Assembly (NCBI GenBank): GCA_037439545.1
Contig: JBBIVV010000023.1
Location: 1-33,595 of the forward strand
Origin: a bacterium
GTDB taxonomy: Bacteria; JAMCPX01
Reading direction: 5' to 3'
Length of the DNA: 33,595 nt
This document shows, piece by piece, positions 28,226 through 33,595 of this stretch. The position numbers and the translations under genes are program-made. The stretch's first letter is position 1; each line of letters opens with the position of its first letter. Under the pieces are notes generated by a model. That model was not told where the DNA came from, made no database searches, and saw only the letters and a list, made by a program, of their open reading frames with translations.

Positions 28226-28945
28226 CTAAACCCTCATTGCAATTGCAAGCACCTGTACCTTTTTCGTACCGGCTTTTTTTAAGGCAGATACGCATGCATT
28301 GACCGTAGCGCCTGTGGTAATGACGTCATCCACAAGTAAAATCCTTTTACCTTTTATCATACGCTTATTTGAAACGGCATATGCATCTTTCACGTTCTCA
28401 TACCGCTTATCGGCATGCAGGGTTGATTGTGGTGCCGTTTCTCTTATTTTTTCGAGTATCCCCTGATAATATTCTATGCGCAGCTTTTTCGATAACCCCC
28501 GGGCAAGGAGCAGTGCCTGGTTATACGACCTTTGTCTGAGCCTTTTTGCGGACAGGGGAACGGGCACGATTGCGTCTATCCCTGTTCCCGGAAAATCCCT
28601 TTGATAAAGCGTGAACAGCTCTTTTATAAAAAAGGACGATAGATTCACCTGATCGCTGAATTTAAACCGCTGTATCAGTTTTGCTATGGTCCCTGAATAC
28701 TCGAAAACACACCGTGCACGTTCAAATTTGTTCTTGTTCTTTATACAGTCCATGCATATATGGGATACGCCTTCTCTTGAAGTAAAAGGCTTGCCGCACC
28801 TCGTGCAAAAAGGAGGTTCCATATATTTAATATTTTTTTTACAATCACCGCAAAAACCTGCAGTATCTATCTCCTTGCCGCATGCGAGACATGCCTCAGG
28901 GAAGAATATGGCTGAAAGATTTTTTATGCCGTTAACCGGTATCAT
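28226..28945 (-). CDS. comF: ComF-family phosphoribosyltransferase-like protein with double zinc ribbon
   Basis: Four CxxC pairs, VPVPL, YNQA, LLVDDVITTGAT. Confidence 0.93.
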   Translation of the reverse strand: MIPVNGIKNLSAIFFPEACLACGKEIDTAGFCGDCKKNIKYMEPPFCTRCGKPFTSREGVSHICMDCIKNKNKFERARCVFEYSGTIAKLIQRFKFSDQVNLSSFFIKELFTLYQRDFPGTGIDAIVPVPLSAKRLRQRSYNQALLLARGLSKKLRIEYYQGILEKIRETAPQSTLHADKRYENVKDAYAVSNKRMIKGKRILLVDDVITTGATVNACVSALKKAGTKKVQVLAIAMRV

Positions 28946-28952
28946 GACTATT

Positions 28953-29684
28953 TCATGGCTTTTGCAGGTATATGAAAAATTCCTGGTTTCCCTTCGCGCC
29001 TTTTACGGTTGACGGCACTGTATTCAAGACCGTAAAGCCGAGGGACTCTGAAATCTTTTTTATCTTTTCTATTGCAGCCTCATGCTTGTCCGCCGCTCTT
29101 ACGACACCTCCCGGGTCAACATCTTTCTTGTCGAGCTCGAACTGCGGTTTTATCAATGCAAGGGCATAACCGTTTTTTTTAAGGCAGGAAAAAACATTGG
29201 GCAGTATAAGCTCGAGAGAGATGAAGGACACATCTACCGTTGCAATATCGATTGCAGACAATAATTCCTTTGGTTCAAAATGCCTGAAGTTTATGCTCTC
29301 CATAAGGACGACCCGTTTGTCCTGCCTGAGTCTGTAGTCCATCAACCCGTATCCGACATCAATAGCAAAGACCCTCTCAGCCCCGTGCTGGAGCAGGCAA
29401 TCCGTAAAGCCTCCTGTGGACGAGCCGATATCCATTGCTACCTTTGATGCCGCCTCTATACCCAATGCTTCGATGACCCCCTTAAGTTTATGGCCGCCTC
29501 TGCTCACATAACGAACCGCAGGAAGAGTAAGGGATATCGGATCTGTGAATAAAACCTGGTACCCGGGTTTATATATTACAATGTTTTTCACCTGCACCTT
29601 TCCTTCCATAATATAGGCTGCTGCAAGGTTGACATCTTCTACAAGCCCTTTTTCGACAAGCATTTGATCAAGCCGTTTTCTCAT
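28953..29684 (-). CDS. tlyA: TlyA rRNA 2'-O-methyltransferase
   Basis: RLD S4 domain, YVSRGGHKL, DIGSSTGGFTD, DVSFISL, KPQFE, GNQEF. Confidence 0.96.
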   Translation of the reverse strand: MRKRLDQMLVEKGLVEDVNLAAAYIMEGKVQVKNIVIYKPGYQVLFTDPISLTLPAVRYVSRGGHKLKGVIEALGIEAASKVAMDIGSSTGGFTDCLLQHGAERVFAIDVGYGLMDYRLRQDKRVVLMESINFRHFEPKELLSAIDIATVDVSFISLELILPNVFSCLKKNGYALALIKPQFELDKKDVDPGGVVRAADKHEAAIEKIKKISESLGFTVLNTVPSTVKGAKGNQEFFIYLQKP

Positions 29685-29688
29685 GGTC

Positions 29689-29937
29689 TTATGAAAGGAG
29701 CATCAATTGAATGTCCACTACATTAGTGCCGGTAGGACCGGTTTTTAAACGTGCACCTGCCTTGCCTGCACCGAGAACGATAATATTTATAAAGTATCCG
29801 AAACTATAATATTTATCCGAAATTTCTACGCCTTTCGTGTGAATCCTTACAGAAGATTTTACGGCATCATAGCCTTTTACAGCCTTAACGCCTGAAAAGA
29901 ATATGGCTTTCAATAGAGCGGTTTCATTTGATCTCAT
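29689..29937 (-). pseudogene. Glycerate 2-kinase (DUF4147/MOFRL family) with large in-frame internal deletion
   Basis: N-terminal motif VLGAGKAGA joined directly to the C-terminal motif LKTGPTGTNVVDI; 82 aa versus more than 400 aa for the family. Confidence 0.88.
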
Positions 29938-29945
29938 GAATGATC

Positions 29946-29973
29946 ATAGTATCAAAACCTATTTTTTATGCAA
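29946..29973 (-). promoter_or_regulatory. Candidate promoter of the remnant-tlyA-comF unit
   Basis: TTGCAT-N16-TACTAT with TGn extension, 8 nt before ATG 29937. Confidence 0.55.
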
Positions 29974-29999
29974 CCGCATATCTAAAAATACAAATTCTC

Positions 30000-30042
30000 T
30001 ATGATATGCGTCATACACAGGGTTTTGAGGAATTGTTACCCT
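30000..30042 (+). promoter_or_regulatory. CRP/FNR-family site and class II promoter of norCB
   Basis: Palindrome TATGA-TATGCG-TCATA (30000-30015) and extended -10 TGT-TACCCT (30034-30042), placing the site centre near -41.5. Confidence 0.65.
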
Positions 30043-30076
30043 GTTCTCAATTTAAAATTTAAAAAGGAGGACATGT

Positions 30077-30760
30077 ATGGAAAAGACAACGGCTAAAAGG
30101 CTGTTTGTATGGGGAACGTTAATCTCTACCTTGATCTTTGCGGCATTGACCTATGATACTCTGAAGCAGATCCCGCAAAGAACGGATAGTGCCGGATTAA
30201 CACCCCAGGTTGTTGCAGGCAAATGGGTATGGCAAAAGAAAAACTGTAATGACTGCCACACGATACTCGGTATCGGCGGTTATTACGCCCCTGATCTGAC
30301 AAAGGAAGCAAAATTGAGATCAGGAGACTGGCTAAAAAAATACCTGAAAGACCCGAGGGCGGTGATGCCTGAGCCGAGGCAGATGCCGAACCAGCATTTA
30401 ACGGATAAACAGGTTGACGAACTTGTGGCATTTTTACAATGGGTATCGAACATTCACACGAACGGCTGGCCTCCCAAGCCTGAGAATGCCGTGGCCGGTG
30501 AAACGGCAGGTGCCGGGTCGCCGGAAGGAAAATTGCTGTTGAGCGGTAATGGATGCACAGCCTGTCACAGGATCAATGGAATCGGCGGCACAGTCGGCCC
30601 TGATCTCAGTCATGTCGGTGTAAGGAGGGATGCCCAATGGATTGCCCTGCAGATCACGGATCCTGCATCTCATTATCCGAATACCGTTATGCCTTCATTC
30701 AAGATGCTTTCTCAAGTACAGCTCGATACACTTGTGAAGTATCTATCAAATCTAAAATAA
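30077..30760 (+). CDS. norC: Nitric oxide reductase cytochrome c subunit, di-haem
   Basis: N-terminal TM; CNDCHTILGIGGYYAPDLT...RQMP; second domain CTACH...GPDL...MPSF. Confidence 0.9.
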   Translation: MEKTTAKRLFVWGTLISTLIFAALTYDTLKQIPQRTDSAGLTPQVVAGKWVWQKKNCNDCHTILGIGGYYAPDLTKEAKLRSGDWLKKYLKDPRAVMPEPRQMPNQHLTDKQVDELVAFLQWVSNIHTNGWPPKPENAVAGETAGAGSPEGKLLLSGNGCTACHRINGIGGTVGPDLSHVGVRRDAQWIALQITDPASHYPNTVMPSFKMLSQVQLDTLVKYLSNLK

Positions 30761-30772
30761 CAGGAGGTAATC

Positions 30773-32095
30773 ATGAAATATCAAACACAAAAGGTTGCTT
30801 ATCCATACTTTATTCTCGCAACCCTGCTCTTTGGTTTGCAGGTAATCTTCGGTGTGCTCACCGGTGCGAAATATGTGTGGAACGTTGATCCGTTGATGCA
30901 CATTATCCCGTTCAATGTGAGCAGGGAAATCCATATGAACCTGCTGGTCGTCTGGTTGTTGTTCGGATTCATGGGAGGCACCTATTATATGATCCCTGAA
31001 GAATCCGAAACAGAGCTGTACAGCCCGAAGCTTGCCTCTGTTCAGTTCTGGTTGTTTGCGGCAATCGGAGTTGCTGCAATCGTGGGCTATTTGCTTGGAT
31101 GGACATGGGGTATGCCTTTCACAGAACAGCCTTTTATAATAAAGATCGGGATTGTCATCGTTGCCCTGATGTTCTTGTACAATATCCTGATGACCGTCAT
31201 AAAGAGCAAAAAATGGACGGCAATTCAGGGTGTACTGATTGCAGGGCTTGTATCGCTCGCCGTGATGTTTTTGTTCGGAATCTTCTTTATGAAGAACCTC
31301 TCGACACAGTATTTCTTCTGGTGGTGGGTCATACATCTCTGGGTTGAAGGCGCCTGGGAATTGATCGCAGCAGCACTCATGGCTTTTGTCATGATGAAGA
31401 TTACGAATGTAGACAGGACTGTCGTGGAAAAATGGCTGTACATAGAAGTCGGTCTCGTGCTGTTTACAGGCATTACGGGGACAGGGCACCATTACTACTG
31501 GATAGGCACTCCCTCTTATTGGTTGTGGTTCGGTGCAATATTCAGCATGTTCGAGCCCCTGCCGATCCTTTTTATGGTTTTCGATACATTGAGGATGGTG
31601 AGGGAAAAGCACCTTGAAGTTAAAAACAGGCTTGCCATGTACTGGGCAGTGGGAGGCACTATTTTACACTTCGTCGGTGCAGGCGTGTGGGGGTTTGCCC
31701 AGACCCTGCCGCAGATCAACAAATGGACGCACGGAACGCAGATAACGGCAGCGCACGGGCATTTTGCGTTCTTCGGTGCTTATGTGATGTTGATAATAAC
31801 ACTGGTGTACTTTATACTGCCGCAGATAAAGGGCTTAAAGAATTATAATCAGACAAAAGGCTTTGTAGTCTTTTATCTCACTGTTTTCTTTATGGTCATG
31901 ATGGCACTGGCACTTACTGCTGCAGGAATCGTTCAGGTGTACCTCCAGAGGATACTTGGATTCGATTACCTGACGGCGCAATCCTATATGCATCTGTGGT
32001 ATGCAGTGTTTTTTGTATCGGGCTTGTGCTTCGTGAGCGGTGTGTTTCTGTATATCTATGATTTCTTTACTCTGAAAGAAGCCCGAATACCGTAA
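30773..32095 (+). CDS. norB: Nitric oxide reductase large subunit (cNOR)
   Basis: REIHMNL, WWWVIHLWVEGAWE, GTGHHYYW, FEPLP, HGHFAFFGAY. Confidence 0.96.
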   Translation: MKYQTQKVAYPYFILATLLFGLQVIFGVLTGAKYVWNVDPLMHIIPFNVSREIHMNLLVVWLLFGFMGGTYYMIPEESETELYSPKLASVQFWLFAAIGVAAIVGYLLGWTWGMPFTEQPFIIKIGIVIVALMFLYNILMTVIKSKKWTAIQGVLIAGLVSLAVMFLFGIFFMKNLSTQYFFWWWVIHLWVEGAWELIAAALMAFVMMKITNVDRTVVEKWLYIEVGLVLFTGITGTGHHYYWIGTPSYWLWFGAIFSMFEPLPILFMVFDTLRMVREKHLEVKNRLAMYWAVGGTILHFVGAGVWGFAQTLPQINKWTHGTQITAAHGHFAFFGAYVMLIITLVYFILPQIKGLKNYNQTKGFVVFYLTVFFMVMMALALTAAGIVQVYLQRILGFDYLTAQSYMHLWYAVFFVSGLCFVSGVFLYIYDFFTLKEARIP

Positions 32096-32102
32096 ACAAT
32101 CG

Positions 32103-32134
32103 ACAGGGGTTTGAGGAATCAGACCCCTGTTTTT
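32103..32134 (+). terminator. Intrinsic terminator of norCB overlapping the end of the convergent gene
   Basis: ACAGGGGTTTGA-GGAA-TCAGACCCCTGT followed by TTTT. Confidence 0.7.
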
Positions 32135-32988
32135 ATTCCCAGCCTCTTTAGATGCTTTATCAGCATGTTTTTTTCAAAAAACAACAAGGCCGGGTTGTTG
32201 ATTAATGTAGTATGCGAATAAATTATACCGTGAGCAGCGAGTTCATCCAATGACAGATTTTTTTTGCTCTTTAACAGCTCCAACAATGCCTTTTCCCTTC
32301 TTTGTACATGGGATGCGAATTTATCGAGCAGTGGCAGCAGTTCTTCCTTCGTGTAAACTTTGTTCGAATGCGATGTCATGAAATACCTGGAATTAATCTG
32401 CCGCACCTTGTCTATGGATTCGAGAAAGGTGTCTATGTCAGACACTGCATTGCCATACCATGGACCGAAATCCGTAAGGTCTATGTCCGTTATCAGCGTC
32501 AACGAAGCACTTTCAAAGTACAGTCCGCTGTGGCCCTTCGTGTGTCCCGGCAAGGCTATTGCCTTTATGCCGTATTTTTTGTCGATGACATAATCTGCAT
32601 CATTGAATGTCCCCGATACATGATGTTCAGTTATGTGATATATGGTTTTTACGACATTGAGCCATTGCTCCCGCAATTCTTCGTCCGTTATTCCGACCGC
32701 ATCTATAAAGCGCTCATTGCTTTCGATCATCGGGGCATCGAGCGCCGGTGCAAAAAACTCGCTTTTTGTGAACAGATAATTCAATCTTCTGTGATCGCCG
32801 TGAAAGTGCGTATTTACGATAAAGTTTTTTTGTTCCGCCAGTTTCTTCAGTTCCTGCGAATCTCCGCCGGGATCAACGACGACCAGGGTTTCCCCTGATT
32901 CTACAACGAATGTGTTGGAATAAATAAGCGGTCCCTTGTGCTTTCCCCAGAATATCTTTATATTTTCTATTTTTGTATGGTCTTCCAT
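32119..32988 (-). CDS. Metallo-beta-lactamase-fold hydrolase
   Basis: VDPG, THFHGDH, PGHTKGH, TDIDL, TSH. Confidence 0.92.
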   Translation of the reverse strand: MEDHTKIENIKIFWGKHKGPLIYSNTFVVESGETLVVVDPGGDSQELKKLAEQKNFIVNTHFHGDHRRLNYLFTKSEFFAPALDAPMIESNERFIDAVGITDEELREQWLNVVKTIYHITEHHVSGTFNDADYVIDKKYGIKAIALPGHTKGHSGLYFESASLTLITDIDLTDFGPWYGNAVSDIDTFLESIDKVRQINSRYFMTSHSNKVYTKEELLPLLDKFASHVQRREKALLELLKSKKNLSLDELAAHGIIYSHTTLINNPALLFFEKNMLIKHLKRLGIKTGV

Positions 32989-32995
32989 CTGTTAT

Positions 32996-33024
32996 ATAAT
33001 AAGCATAAAAACCGGCACTCGCAA
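32996..33024 (-). promoter_or_regulatory. Candidate sigma70 promoter giving a leaderless mRNA
   Basis: TTGCGA-N17-TATTAT, 7 nt before ATG 32988, no Shine-Dalgarno. Confidence 0.55.
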
Positions 33025-33076
33025 CATTTAGTTCAGGGACACGGTCCCGGCTGACTACAATGACAAGGAGCGGGAG

Positions 33077-33571
33077 TTGTGCAAGACTATCTGCACTATG
33101 TTCAAAAAATTACTCAAGGCATTCAGGCATGTTACCTTCAGGATGACGTTTAACCTGTATCCTCCTTATATCGGTGCAGGCATCCGCATACCCTATATAT
33201 CGCGGGATTACACGACCTTCGATGTCACCATGAAGCTCAGGTTCTACAATAAGAACTACTTCGGCACGCATTTCGGAGGCTCGCTTTACTCGATGTGCGA
33301 TCCGTTTTTTACGATCATACTCGCAAGGAACCTCGGCGGCGATTATATCGTATGGGACAAGCGGGCATCGATACAGTTCAAAAAGCCGGGACGCAACACG
33401 ATACATGCGCATTTCCACATCCCTGCTGAAAGGATCCGTGAGATCAGGACACTTGCAGACCAAAACAAAAAAACAGAGCCCGTTTTCATCATAGACCTTA
33501 TGGACGATGACAAGAATATAATCGCACAAGTGGAAAAAACGGTTTATGTCAGAAAAAAAGATCCAAAATAG
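33077..33571 (+). CDS. DUF4442/YiiD-type hot-dog-fold protein
   Basis: NLYPPYIGAGI, NYFGTHFGGSLYSMCDP, YIVWDK, FKKPG; start TTG 33077 or ATG 33098. Confidence 0.9.
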   Translation: MCKTICTMFKKLLKAFRHVTFRMTFNLYPPYIGAGIRIPYISRDYTTFDVTMKLRFYNKNYFGTHFGGSLYSMCDPFFTIILARNLGGDYIVWDKRASIQFKKPGRNTIHAHFHIPAERIREIRTLADQNKKTEPVFIIDLMDDDKNIIAQVEKTVYVRKKDPK

Positions 33572-33595
33572 GACAAATAGGGGACAACTACAACC

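Noticed and set aside
30752..31612. 286-aa ORF antisense to norB, and similar shadow ORFs (4960-5469, 20135-20779, 22570-23097, 32302-32898)
   Set aside because: They overlap well-conserved genes on the opposite strand and show no motifs or ribosome-binding sites.
33037..33049. Tiny palindromes GGGACACGGTCCC and GGGGGCGTGTCTCC (near 923-936) as a REP family
   Set aside because: Too short and too dissimilar to support from this window alone.

Overview
Bacterial chromosomal window, moderately AT-rich, with gene content and order resembling a deltaproteobacterial-type diderm (inference). From left to right: (1) a decaying toxin-antitoxin patch with an AbiEii-like nucleotidyltransferase broken by one in-frame TGA plus its partner, an intact yefM-yoeB pair, and an MNT antitoxin followed by a broken HEPN toxin; (2) a stand-alone gmd; (3) the ffh-rpsP-khpA-trmD-rplS operon, lacking rimM and ending in a membrane-anchored SbcC/YhaN-like ATPase; (4) an operon of TPR membrane protein, DUF4388/pseudopilin-like fusion, phoH, 7TM-HD (PgpH-like), ybeY and lnt; (5) tRNA-Ala(CGC), two lipoproteins, an SDR and an AmiC-type amidase; (6) ubiE/menG, acyl-CoA dehydrogenase, cydAB, comF, tlyA, a glycerate kinase collapsed by an in-frame internal deletion, norCB with a di-haem NorC behind a CRP/FNR-type site, an MBL hydrolase and a DUF4442 protein. 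The main non-gene signal is two families of short inverted-repeat (MITE-like) elements. Family A sits between convergent genes, in a 76-bp and a 248-bp form. Family B occurs as intact, split and decayed copies: two abut the Shine-Dalgarno sequences of lipoprotein genes, and one may enclose a small cargo gene. No transposase, integrase or CRISPR array was seen. All family assignments come from motifs read by eye; no database search was run.
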